Origin: Gemmatimonadaceae bacterium
Lineage (GTDB): Bacteria; Gemmatimonadota; Gemmatimonadetes; Gemmatimonadales; Gemmatimonadaceae
DNA length: 52,414 nt
Assembly: GCA_036514115.1 (NCBI GenBank)
Contig: DATBXT010000081.1
Location: 1 to 52,414 of the forward strand
Direction: 5' to 3'
Within the stretch, counting starts at the first letter, position 1; each line of letters begins with the position of its first letter. A model generated the notes under the pieces. The model was not told the DNA's origin. It made no database searches and saw nothing but the letters and a program-made list of their open reading frames with translations. Positions 19,408 through 27,821 of this stretch are shown here, one piece after another. The translations under genes were made by a program, and so were the position numbers.

Positions 19408-19617
19408 TCAGGGAACCGGGTCGTAACCGCCCGGCCGGAAGGGGTGACAGCGGAGAATTCGACTGATTGTCAATCGCATTCCCATCAGCGTACCGTGGCG
19501 TTTGAACGCCTCGATCGCATAGGCGGAACATGTCGGATAGTAACGACAGCTTGCGGGGAACAGCGGAGAAATTGCGAGCTGGTAGCCGCGAATCAGGAGA
19601 ATGAAGACCGTGCGCAT
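19408..19617 (-). CDS. yidD: Membrane protein insertion efficiency factor YidD
   Basis: [34 protein letters not shown]. Confidence 0.95.
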   Translation of the reverse strand: MRTVFILLIRGYQLAISPLFPASCRYYPTCSAYAIEAFKRHGTLMGMRLTISRILRCHPFRPGGYDPVP

Positions 19618-19620
19618 TGG

Positions 19621-20004
19621 TCAGCGTTTAATCCTGGCAGCCCATTCGCCAATCAGGCCGACATCCTCGGCAAGTTGTTGAAACGTAGAGATATATGCTT
19701 CCGGTTTTGCCCGAATCAAAAGATCGATGCTGCCGAGATTGGGCAACAAGGCACTTCGAACAATTTCCCGGAGCCGACGTTTGATTCTATTCCTGTCGAC
19801 TATTCTACGCTTGTGTTTAGGTACGACGACGCCAACCCGTGGATACAGCAACAGGGAAGCAGATGCTCGAGCTTCCAGATGCTCGGTTTGCATTCGCTTC
19901 CCTGTACGTCTTAGCGCTTCCAGCTCGGTCTCGCTCGTAAGCCTCGACCGACGTGGGAAGCTAAGAGTTTTAGGCGCCGGCGTATTTGGTGGGCAACTGA
20001 ACAG
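19621..20004 (-). CDS. rnpA: Ribonuclease P protein component (start codon uncertain)
   Basis: RVGVVVPK...[12 protein letters not shown] (RNR motif). In-frame upstream sequence reads ...[23 protein letters not shown], a typical RnpA N-terminus. The frame is open up to CTG 20004, preceded by TAA. Confidence 0.85.
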   Translation of the reverse strand: MFSCPPNTPAPKTLSFPRRSRLTSETELEALRRTGKRMQTEHLEARASASLLLYPRVGVVVPKHKRRIVDRNRIKRRLREIVRSALLPNLGSIDLLIRAKPEAYISTFQQLAEDVGLIGEWAARIKR

Positions 20005-20134
20005 TTAGCCGTTTACGTCCCTTCTTGCGGCGGCGACTAAGAACTTCGCGTCCCCATTTAGTAGCCATTCGCAACCTAAAACCATGGGTACGAATGCGCC
20101 GCTTATTACGAGGACGATAGGTGGGCTTGCCCAT
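19970..20134 (-). CDS. rpmH: 50S ribosomal protein L34 (54 aa)
   Basis: Not in the ORF track. Manual translation [60 protein letters not shown] upstream; divergent from dnaA. Confidence 0.97.
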   Translation of the reverse strand: MGKPTYRPRNKRRIRTHGFRLRMATKWGREVLSRRRKKGRKRLTVQLPTKYAGA

Positions 20135-20246
20135 TACTTGACTCCAGAAACCGGAATTACAAACTGCAGTGCGAAGCGGGTAAAACTATCTCACCATTGA
20201 AGATAGTTCAAGTCAGGTGAGGCGCTTCGGATCTGCGTTGTTTGAC

Positions 20247-20255
20247 TTTTCCACA
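20247..20255 (+). promoter_or_regulatory. DnaA box in the dnaA promoter region (possible autoregulation)
   Basis: TTTTCCACA matches TTWTNCACA; it ends 9 nt before a TAGGGT -10-like hexamer upstream of the dnaA ATG. Confidence 0.6.
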
Positions 20256-20278
20256 TAAATGGGCTAGGGTGTCGCGTC

Positions 20279-21706
20279 ATGTCGCTGAGTCCCGCCGAAG
20301 TCTGGAAACGCATCCTCGACCGTGCCCGCCAGGAGCTTCCCGACCAAACGTTCCAAGCCTGGCTCGAGCCTACTGAAGCTCTATCAATAGAAGGCGGCAC
20401 AATCTTCGTCGGTGCCCCTGACCAGTTCACCGCGGATTGGAACGACTCAAAGCATAGCGAGCTACTGTCGAGCTACGCTCCTATTGTATTGGGACACCCG
20501 CTCAATGTCGTATTCCGGGTCAACGAGGAAAGAAAGCGCCGATCGCAGATGGATTTTTTCGTCAGCCCGCCGGCTGGAGCGACGAAAGCCTCACCAGCGC
20601 TTAACGGAAACGGTACTCCGCTAAGTGAGCGTTATACCTTCGACCTCTTCGTCATTGGAAAGTCGAATGAGCTTGCTGCCGCGGCAGCCCATGCTGTAAG
20701 CCAGGCGCCGGGAAAGGCCTTCAACCCTCTCTTTATCTACGGTGATACTGGGTTGGGTAAGACGCATCTCATGCAGGCAGTTGCCCACGAAACTTTACGC
20801 CGCAACCCAACCACTCGAATCACTTACGTGGGAACAGAGCAGTTCATGAACGAACTGATCAGCTCGATCCTGGATCGGAGTGGTGCGGATTTCAGGCGGC
20901 GGTACCGGGAGACGGATCTGCTGCTGATCGACGACGTGCACTTCCTGAAAGGGCGGAAGGAGACCACACAGGAGGAGTTTTTTCACACCTTCAACGCTCT
21001 TTATGAAGCTGGGCGTCAAATCGTACTCACGAGCGATCGTCCGCCTTCCGAAATCGCGGGACTCGAGGCCAGACTAATCAGCCGATTTCAGTGGGGCATG
21101 GTCGCTGACATAGGTCTTCCCGACTTTGAGCACCGTGTCGCCATTCTCAAGCAAAAAGCCCAACTCGATCGACTCGAACTGACGATCCCTGATGATGTAA
21201 TCCACTTTATCGCCGAGCATGTTAGGTCGAACGTTCGAGAGCTGGAAGGTTCGATCATCAAGCTTCTGGCGTATGCTTCTCTCAAGCACAAGGACATTAC
21301 AGTCGACGTCGCGAGAGAAGCACTTCGTGACAAGTTACGCGCAATCGAGGGATTTGAGCCGGAATCAGCTACCGCGCTCACGATCCTTGCAATTCAACAA
21401 GCTGTGGCCAAGGAATGGGGAGTCACAGTCGATGGGCTTCGCTCAAAGACCAGGACCAAGAATCTCACCATTCCTCGACAAATTGCGATGTACCTGACCC
21501 GTGAGCTCCTGTCCACCCAGCTTGTAGAAATCGGTAATGCATTCGGTGGCCGTGATCATTCCACAGTTATCCACAGTCTCGAGAAGGTGCAGCAGGATAT
21601 CACGGCAGATACAACGCTCAAATCCCGTATTAACCGTGTTCGGGGAAATCTTGAAGCTTTCAACTTCAGGCCCATGTCTCGTGTGGAAACCAGCGCAGTT
21701 TCATAA
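20279..21706 (+). CDS. dnaA: Chromosomal replication initiator DnaA
   Basis: YTFD.FV.GKSN, NPLFIYGDTGLGKTHL, LLIDDV, QEEFFHTFN, NVRELEG and GGRDHSTVIHS. Confidence 0.99.
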   Translation: MSLSPAEVWKRILDRARQELPDQTFQAWLEPTEALSIEGGTIFVGAPDQFTADWNDSKHSELLSSYAPIVLGHPLNVVFRVNEERKRRSQMDFFVSPPAGATKASPALNGNGTPLSERYTFDLFVIGKSNELAAAAAHAVSQAPGKAFNPLFIYGDTGLGKTHLMQAVAHETLRRNPTTRITYVGTEQFMNELISSILDRSGADFRRRYRETDLLLIDDVHFLKGRKETTQEEFFHTFNALYEAGRQIVLTSDRPPSEIAGLEARLISRFQWGMVADIGLPDFEHRVAILKQKAQLDRLELTIPDDVIHFIAEHVRSNVRELEGSIIKLLAYASLKHKDITVDVAREALRDKLRAIEGFEPESATALTILAIQQAVAKEWGVTVDGLRSKTRTKNLTIPRQIAMYLTRELLSTQLVEIGNAFGGRDHSTVIHSLEKVQQDITADTTLKSRINRVRGNLEAFNFRPMSRVETSAVS

Positions 21707-21890
21707 ATAATATTTCTCGATCTCTTTATATCTGCGTTTGCCAACATCTGACCTCACATCATCCGGCATAGCGGAAATCTCACTGCATTCATAAGTTAGA
21801 CGCATTCGACAGACTTCCACAAAGCCTTCTACGACTACTAGTCTGAGTCTTTAAAAAGACTTAATAAGTACCCGCGCTCACTCCACAGGG
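21680..21890. other. Replication origin oriC (dnaA-dnaN intergenic) with basal unwinding module
   Basis: Degenerate DnaA boxes at 21682-21690 (TGTGGAAAC), a tandem pair 21803-21811/21813-21821, and 21879-21887. The pair is followed by AAGC, DnaA-trio-like CTT CTA CGA CTA CTA (21826-21840) and an AT-rich tract. Confidence 0.75.
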
Positions 21891-21896
21891 ACACGG

Positions 21897-23009
21897 ATGC
21901 GTTTCACGATTTCACGTGAAAAACTACAGGAAGGGTTGGCGGCAGTTACAGCGAGCATTCCCGCCAAGACCACATTGCCGGTTCTGGCGAACATTCTTGT
22001 CGAGACCACCGATAAGGGCATCAAGCTGTCGGGTACCGACCTGGATATAGCGGTAAGTACGGAAGTGATGGCTGATGTCGATACCGCTGGTGCGGTGACA
22101 GTACCCGCAAAGAAGCTGAGCGAGATCGCACGAGAACTGCCGCCGGCTCCTGTGAAAATCGCAGCTGTGGGAGAACAACGCGTAACACTCGAGTGCGGGC
22201 GTTCGCGGTTCAAGCTGCTTGGTCTGCCGCGTGATGAATTTCCAACATTTCCGGCAGTACGCTTCAACGAAAGTTGGCGGATCAGATCAGGAGATCTGCA
22301 GCAGCTTATCTCTCACACATCCTTTGCAGTATCGGCAGAAGAAAGCAGGCCGATTCTGAACGGGGTCTTATGGGAGCTCAGGCCTGATCGGATGCGGATG
22401 GTTGCCACCAATGGCCATCGATTGGCCAAGATGGAGATGCCAATCGATTCTGCGAATGCGCCAGCGAGCGATCTCATAGTTCCGCCGAAGGCACTGGAGC
22501 AGGTGAGAAGATTATTCCCGGCCGAGGAAGAGCTCGAAATTGCCAGGGGAGACAATCATATCGGCTTCCGCTCGCCCTTTACTGCAGTTTTCACGAGGTT
22601 GATCGAAGGACCATATCCGAACTATGAACAGGTAATACCGAAGGACAACGATCGTGTAGCGGTAGCCGACAAGCTTGCATTGGCCGGTGCACTCAAGCGA
22701 ATGTCAGTGATTGCTTCCGACCAGACGCATCGGATCCGGCTTTCCTTCAATGCCGGTATGCTCAAGTTCAGCGTGCAAACTCCGGATCTCGGTGAAGCAC
22801 AGGATGAACTTCCAATCAGATACACAGGCGACCAACTGGATATCGGTTTTAATGCCAGCTATCTGCTCGAGATACTGCGTTATATCCCGAGCGATGAAGT
22901 GCGTCTGACATTCAAGGCACCCGAGAGAGCAGCGACGATAGAACCCGAGGCATGGAAGGATCCAGCATCGTACATGTGCCTGGTGATGCCTCTCCGGCTG
23001 GTGGACTAA
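21897..23009 (+). CDS. dnaN: DNA polymerase III beta sliding clamp
   Basis: TLPVLANIL, GTDLD, SRPILNGV, VATNGHRLA, RLIEGPYPNYEQVIP, GFNASYL and VMPLR. Confidence 0.99.
   Translation: MRFTISREKLQEGLAAVTASIPAKTTLPVLANILVETTDKGIKLSGTDLDIAVSTEVMADVDTAGAVTVPAKKLSEIARELPPAPVKIAAVGEQRVTLECGRSRFKLLGLPRDEFPTFPAVRFNESWRIRSGDLQQLISHTSFAVSAEESRPILNGVLWELRPDRMRMVATNGHRLAKMEMPIDSANAPASDLIVPPKALEQVRRLFPAEEELEIARGDNHIGFRSPFTAVFTRLIEGPYPNYEQVIPKDNDRVAVADKLALAGALKRMSVIASDQTHRIRLSFNAGMLKFSVQTPDLGEAQDELPIRYTGDQLDIGFNASYLLEILRYIPSDEVRLTFKAPERAATIEPEAWKDPASYMCLVMPLRLVD
21908..21923. promoter_or_regulatory. parS-like palindrome inside the 5' end of dnaN
   Basis: GATTTCACGTGAAAAA contains the 12-bp palindromic core TTTCACGTGAAA of consensus parS TGTTTCACGTGAAACA. 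Confidence 0.45.
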
Positions 23010-23875
23010 CGGCGCAGTGTGAATTCCTGCCGGGCGGTTTGCCTGAAGCGATTCGTCCTGCCTGAGGCCGTTACAGTCAACTCGACATCCTGATTTGTAA
23101 TCAGTTGCACCACATGAGCGCTGATCGGGTCCACGTAGTAGGTCGCGTTGCCGTTGCCCATTGCTGCCAACACAACCCGATGCTGTTGTTGTGCACCTTC
23201 GCCTTCCGCCCGAATTGAGTCAAGCCGCTGAATGACCAGCACCCTGGTGTCCGCGTAGGAAATCTCGCCGGTAACGGAATATGAGTGAGTGACTCGCGAT
23301 CTGATCGGGATCGAGCTCTGACAACCCACGATATCCGTCGAATCTGTCCACCGCGACGTTACAGAGAGCGAGACGGGGAAGCGTGGCAGCAAATTGTGAA
23401 GGTCGGATACCAATGCGGTTACGGCAGGATTGCACTTGTCAGCCAGGGTGTCGCCTGAGATGCGGATTTTATCAGCGACAACCTGACCAGAGAGCTGGAA
23501 AGGAAGGGCTACTGGCTGCTGCGAGGATGTGGTCTCCCTTTGCACAGTCGTCGCGAAGGTGTCCAGGATTGCTGTAAAGGCAATCGTGTCTCCCAGCTGT
23601 TCCAGGTTGAGTGTTTCATGGCTCGAGTTCGCTGTCACCGCTCTCCCGCCGCTAGAGTCAGAAGTGTTTTCGATAACCCCACTTCTGGAAATCCGATAAA
23701 CAGTGGCGCCGGGCGCTAGCCTCAACATCCACGATGACGGTGTTGCTGCAGAGGGTGCAGGGATCGCGGGAATCGGAGTGGGCGCACTCGCCTGCGGGGT
23801 GGAAGAGGCGCAACCCACCAGTAACAGGATCAAAGCGGGCTGAACGCGGTTCTCTAGGCGTACTCGTTCTTTCAT
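23006..23875 (-). CDS. Hypothetical lipoprotein
   Basis: Lipobox-like LLVGC followed by a Pro/Ala/Ser linker and a beta-rich Ser/Thr-rich body; no recognised family. Start uncertain. Confidence 0.6.
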   Translation of the reverse strand: MKERVRLENRVQPALILLLVGCASSTPQASAPTPIPAIPAPSAATPSSWMLRLAPGATVYRISRSGVIENTSDSSGGRAVTANSSHETLNLEQLGDTIAFTAILDTFATTVQRETTSSQQPVALPFQLSGQVVADKIRISGDTLADKCNPAVTALVSDLHNLLPRFPVSLSVTSRWTDSTDIVGCQSSIPIRSRVTHSYSVTGEISYADTRVLVIQRLDSIRAEGEGAQQQHRVVLAAMGNGNATYYVDPISAHVVQLITNQDVELTVTASGRTNRFRQTARQEFTLRR

Positions 23876-23891
23876 CCGTCTCCAGTCCTGG

Positions 23892-23927
23892 AAATAAACA
23901 ACCTCCGATGCAATCATCGGAGGTTGT
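23892..23927 (-). terminator. Intrinsic terminator downstream of rnpB
   Basis: Perfect 13-bp inverted repeat ACAACCTCCGATG-CAAT-CATCGGAGGTTGT, followed by TTATTT on the minus strand, 8 nt past the rnpB P1 3' strand. Confidence 0.8.
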
Positions 23928-23935
23928 CAGTTGTG

Positions 23936-24320
23936 GGCAAATGGTCTGTAAGCCGGGTTCTGTCGAACAGCTTTCGCCGTTCGGACGATCATTTCTCTAC
24001 GAGCACGGTCGCCCATGCTCTCTAGCAGCCTACCCGCGGTGTCTTGATCGAGGTGGACGCCTCTCGCCGCATATTTGGCCTTGCTCCAACTGGGGTTTAC
24101 CGTGCCGCTCATGTTGCCATGAACGCGGTGGGCTCTTACTCCACCGTTTCACCCTTACCATTCCTGAGAATGGCGGTTTGTTTTCTGTGGCACTGATCCG
24201 TCACGGCCAGCTCGCGCCAACCGTGCCCAGGAGTTACCTGGCAGCCTATCCACTGGAGCCCGGACTTTCCTCGAATAGGTATCAGTTAGATACCAATGCG
24301 CGATCGCCCGACCATTTGCC
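23936..24320 (-). ncRNA. rnpB: RNase P RNA (bacterial, probably type A)
   Basis: Minus strand has GAGGAAAGTCCGGGCTCC near the 5' end and ACAGAACCCGGCTTA near the 3' end. P1 helix GGCAAATGGTC/GACCATTTGCC; ~385 nt; TATATT -10 at 24332-24327. Confidence 0.96.
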
Positions 24321-24450
24321 TTTGCAAATATAATGGAATGACGATGGTCCACGCGCTGCGAGCAGCGTCCTTTGCACGCCTGACGAGTATCTGACGAGTC
24401 AGTGTAATCTTGGCGCAAGGAACGGTTGCCACCCAAGCCGTGAGGATCCA

Positions 24451-25359
24451 ATGCCCGCCGACTCCAAGCGTCCGTCCGTCCGCACTCCCGTCACGACCAT
24501 TCTCACACCACTTGAACGTTCACGCGTCGATGCCGCGGCGCAGGGCTTATGTGATCCCCTCCATCGCGAATCGCTCGAGGAAGTTCTCGCTGATCTAAGA
24601 GACCAGAAGGCAAACCTTGTTCTGATTTCCGTCACTCGGTACGGCTCGCAGAGCTCCAGTCGAGTGGCGGCAATGGTTCGAGAGTTCCCGAGAGTTCCCG
24701 CTGTTGCACTGCTGACCGAGACTCAGAATTCTACGCCCCATGCTACGCTCGCTCTCGGTCAACTCGGAATACGAACGCTCGTCGATGCCCGGATGCCCGC
24801 GGGCTGGCAGACGCTTCGCAATCTCCTTGCATCGCAGGGCTCCAGCGATCTTCAGCGCTCCGCACTGGCGCAGATCAGCCTCGACCTACCCGGAGTCTCA
24901 AAGGACTGTTGGCGCTTCTTCGAGCTGCTCTTCGATTCCTCGCCCAAGATCTCCACGGTGCGCCAGCTTGCGCGACACCTGAACATCTTGCCCAGCACCC
25001 TCATGAGCCGCTTCTTTCGAGCGGAGCTACCCGCGCCGAAACGTTATCTGTCACTTTCGCGCCTCATACGAGCGGCCAGACTGTTTGAGAACCCCGGCCT
25101 TTCGGTAGCCCGTGTGGCAAATCACCTGGACTACTCATCGCCGCAGAGTTTTGGTCGCCACGTGCGAACGGTGATGAAAATGTCGCCAGTCAAATTCCGT
25201 GGGACCTACGATGGCCAGGGAATGCTCCAGTTTTTTCGGACCGAGCTCGTTCTCCCGTATACCGATATCCTTTGTGCCTTCCGTCCATCTGCAGCCTATC
25301 CGGGCTGGATTCCGAAACCAGTCGTCGGTGACAAGATCAATTCGCGAGAGCTTCGATGA
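24451..25359 (+). CDS. AraC-family transcriptional regulator
   Basis: C-terminal double HTH (TVRQLARHLNILPSTLMSRF...SVARVANHLDYSSPQSFGRH). The N-terminus has a receiver-like beta/alpha pattern without an obvious phospho-Asp. Confidence 0.8.
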   Translation: MPADSKRPSVRTPVTTILTPLERSRVDAAAQGLCDPLHRESLEEVLADLRDQKANLVLISVTRYGSQSSSRVAAMVREFPRVPAVALLTETQNSTPHATLALGQLGIRTLVDARMPAGWQTLRNLLASQGSSDLQRSALAQISLDLPGVSKDCWRFFELLFDSSPKISTVRQLARHLNILPSTLMSRFFRAELPAPKRYLSLSRLIRAARLFENPGLSVARVANHLDYSSPQSFGRHVRTVMKMSPVKFRGTYDGQGMLQFFRTELVLPYTDILCAFRPSAAYPGWIPKPVVGDKINSRELR

Positions 25360-25894
25360 TTTGACTCGCTGTGGTCATACTTATCACGGGGACGCCGGCA
25401 GCTTCGATCGCCTGCCGGCCTCCTTCTTCGCGATCTACCAGCGCGAGCACACCGGCCACGCTTCCACCTGCGGCCCGCACTGACTGAATCGCGCGGAGAG
25501 CAGAGCCACCCGTAGTGATAACATCTTCGATTACCGCCACGCTGTCGCCTTCTCTAAAAGGTCCTTCAATCGTTTTTCCGGTTCCATGGCCCTTCGCTTC
25601 CTTGCGAACAGTGAAGGCTCGCAGGGGACGCAAGGTATCAGCGCTGGCGAAGCTGATGGCGTAAGAGATCGGATCCGCACCCAGAGTCAGACCACCTACA
25701 GCGTCGACGGCCCATTCCGAATCGAGCAACCGCGAAAGCGCGAGACGGCCGATTAGAGAAAGTCCCTCGGGGCTCATCGTGGTCAGTCTCGCGTCGATGT
25801 AATACTCCGATTGCTTGCCTGACGCGAGCGTGAATTGGCCGCGCCTGGTAGAACGGTCAGCGAGAAGTCTGAGTAATCGCTCGTCATCGGACAT
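25337..25894 (-). CDS. pyrE: Orotate phosphoribosyltransferase
   Basis: FTLASGKQSEYYID, VRKEAKGHG, VIEDVITTGGS, LVDREEGG. Confidence 0.95.
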   Translation of the reverse strand: MSDDERLLRLLADRSTRRGQFTLASGKQSEYYIDARLTTMSPEGLSLIGRLALSRLLDSEWAVDAVGGLTLGADPISYAISFASADTLRPLRAFTVRKEAKGHGTGKTIEGPFREGDSVAVIEDVITTGGSALRAIQSVRAAGGSVAGVLALVDREEGGRQAIEAAGVPVISMTTASQIIEALAN

Positions 25895-25930
25895 GGTGCC
25901 GGAGGTTACGGATTCTTATGATTCGAGTCA

Positions 25931-26884
25931 ATGCACGCGCTTTCCCAGATCGCGATAGATCGTTGGACCGGACTCATTGGTTGGATCCTTTCACTTGCGA
26001 CGGTGCTGGGTCTTGCCCTCGTGCTTCGGCACGAACGTCGTCAGGCACGCAGCCTTGTAGAGCGTTCAAAGGAGCTCGAGCGACTTTCCTCCGAGCTGCT
26101 GCGCGTCAATCGCATGAAGAGCGAATTCCTGGCGAACGTTTCCCACGAGCTGAGGACGCCGCTCAATGCCATCGTCGGCTTTGTCGATCTACTCAGAGAG
26201 GGCGTGTACGGTGACCTGGCTCCCCGGCAGGTAAAGCCCGTCGAGCGTATCGAGGCGTCGGCAAACCACCTGCGGCATCTGGTCGACCAGGTTCTCGATC
26301 TGGCGAAAATGGCGGCCGGCAGATTGGAGATTCACACCGAGACAATCGATTTGCGTCCGTTCGTTCTCGATGTAGCAAGCGAGATAGAGTCGCTGGTAAG
26401 CGAAAAGAGCCTGAGTCTTTCCCTCGTCATGGGTGCCGCTCTTCCACGCATCAGAACGGATCCTACTCACCTACGGCAGATTCTTGTGAATCTGCTTGGT
26501 AATGCGGTGAAATACACCAACGAAGGCGGGATCGTGATCCGCACCAAGCTTGTTGATTCCTTACCGGACAGTGGTCCGGGCCCGGCACAGGGAGAGCGCC
26601 ACTCCGTGCTCGCGACGCCATGGATCGGCATCCAGGTGATCGATACCGGAATCGGGATAGACCCCGCAAATCAGAGTCGGATTTTCGAGGAGTTCGAGCA
26701 GATCGATGCCGGCCCGCGTGGGAAGTCCGCTGAACGGGGGACTGGTCTGGGCCTGGCGATCTCCCGCCGGCTCGCGGCGCTCATTGGCGGAATGGTGGAG
26801 CTGGAGAGCGAACTCGGCAAAGGATCGACGTTCACTCTATGGTTACCGGTAGATCCTGCGGATCTATCTGTTGCGTCTAAGTAG
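25931..26884 (+). CDS. Sensor histidine kinase (one TM, HisKA + HATPase)
   Basis: H box FLANVSHELRTPL, N box NLLGNAVKYT, G1 DTGIGI, F box IFEEF, G2 GTGLGL. Confidence 0.93.
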   Translation: MHALSQIAIDRWTGLIGWILSLATVLGLALVLRHERRQARSLVERSKELERLSSELLRVNRMKSEFLANVSHELRTPLNAIVGFVDLLREGVYGDLAPRQVKPVERIEASANHLRHLVDQVLDLAKMAAGRLEIHTETIDLRPFVLDVASEIESLVSEKSLSLSLVMGAALPRIRTDPTHLRQILVNLLGNAVKYTNEGGIVIRTKLVDSLPDSGPGPAQGERHSVLATPWIGIQVIDTGIGIDPANQSRIFEEFEQIDAGPRGKSAERGTGLGLAISRRLAALIGGMVELESELGKGSTFTLWLPVDPADLSVASK

Positions 26885-27772
26885 ACCTTTGAACTTGTCC
26901 AGCATTTTGGGTTGGTCTGGTGGGATTACGGCTGCTTCCGCAAATGCATTCGCGAACGCCCTGACGGTTGGATAGCGGGTTCCGGGTACCCGCGATAAAG
27001 CCCGCATGACCACGTCGTTCAGCTCGGTGGAAAAGTTCAGGTCTTCACCTCCGGCATCCTTGAGCGGAATCGGAGGCATCGTCAGCAGCTGCGTGAACAT
27101 CTCCCTGGGTGCTTTGGCGGTGTACGGGAGACAGCGGGTCAGGAGGAAGTAGGCGATTGTGGCCAGGCTGTACTGATCAGCAGCCGCGGTTACTATCTCG
27201 CCAGACAGCGCTTCGGGCGCAATGTACATCAGCGTTCCAACAAAAAAACCAGCGCGGGTCAGTCGTTCATCACTGGATGCCTGTGTGTCCGTCGCGATTC
27301 CGAAATCGAGCAGCTTTACAAGCCTGGTCTTCGGGTCGTACATGACATTCTCGGGTTTCAGATCCCGGTGCACGATGTTCGCATCGTGGGCCGCCTGAAC
27401 ACCAGCGGCGATTTGCGAGACGATCGTCGCGACCTCGTCGGGGGGAAGAGGCGCGTTTTGTTTTGCGTAACGCTCGAGTATCTCGCCCTCAGCCCACTCG
27501 ATGGCAAGAAAGTGGAGACCATTATCGGCCTGCCCGATCTCGATGGTCTCGACGACGTTCGGGTGTCTTACGCGTGCGCCATATTTTGCTTCGCGAACAA
27601 ACCGGGCGACAGCGGTCGTATCCTGTCGCAGCTTCTCCCGTAGCACTTTAAGCGCGACAGTGCCATGATTCGGATGTTCGGCAAGATAGACGGAAGAGGT
27701 TCCTCCTTCGCCTACTTCTTTCTTGAGCGTATAGCCGGCGACAGGAGTGCCGACCATCTGTTCGCGAGACAC
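26864..27772 (-). CDS. Hanks-type Ser/Thr protein kinase (kinase domain only)
   Basis: VGEGGTSSVY, VALK, HPNVV, HRDLKPEN, DFG, GTLMYIAPE and DQYSL. Confidence 0.93.
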   Translation of the reverse strand: MSREQMVGTPVAGYTLKKEVGEGGTSSVYLAEHPNHGTVALKVLREKLRQDTTAVARFVREAKYGARVRHPNVVETIEIGQADNGLHFLAIEWAEGEILERYAKQNAPLPPDEVATIVSQIAAGVQAAHDANIVHRDLKPENVMYDPKTRLVKLLDFGIATDTQASSDERLTRAGFFVGTLMYIAPEALSGEIVTAAADQYSLATIAYFLLTRCLPYTAKAPREMFTQLLTMPPIPLKDAGGEDLNFSTELNDVVMRALSRVPGTRYPTVRAFANAFAEAAVIPPDQPKMLDKFKGLLRRNR

Positions 27773-27821
27773 GCCGCGAAGCTAATAGAAACCACAAATG
27801 CCGGATAGGGTATTTCCGTTC

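Noticed and set aside
19970-20134. Thermus-like fully overlapping rnpA/rpmH, or +1 frameshift at the rpmH stop
   Set aside because: The rnpA frame has a TAA at 20007-20005 inside rpmH, and GCC-UAA-A offers no tRNA re-pairing for a +1 shift.
23734-24451. ORFs 23734-24333 (+), 23927-24112 (-) and 24155-24451 (-)
   Set aside because: They overlap the RNase P RNA gene, which explains the sequence.
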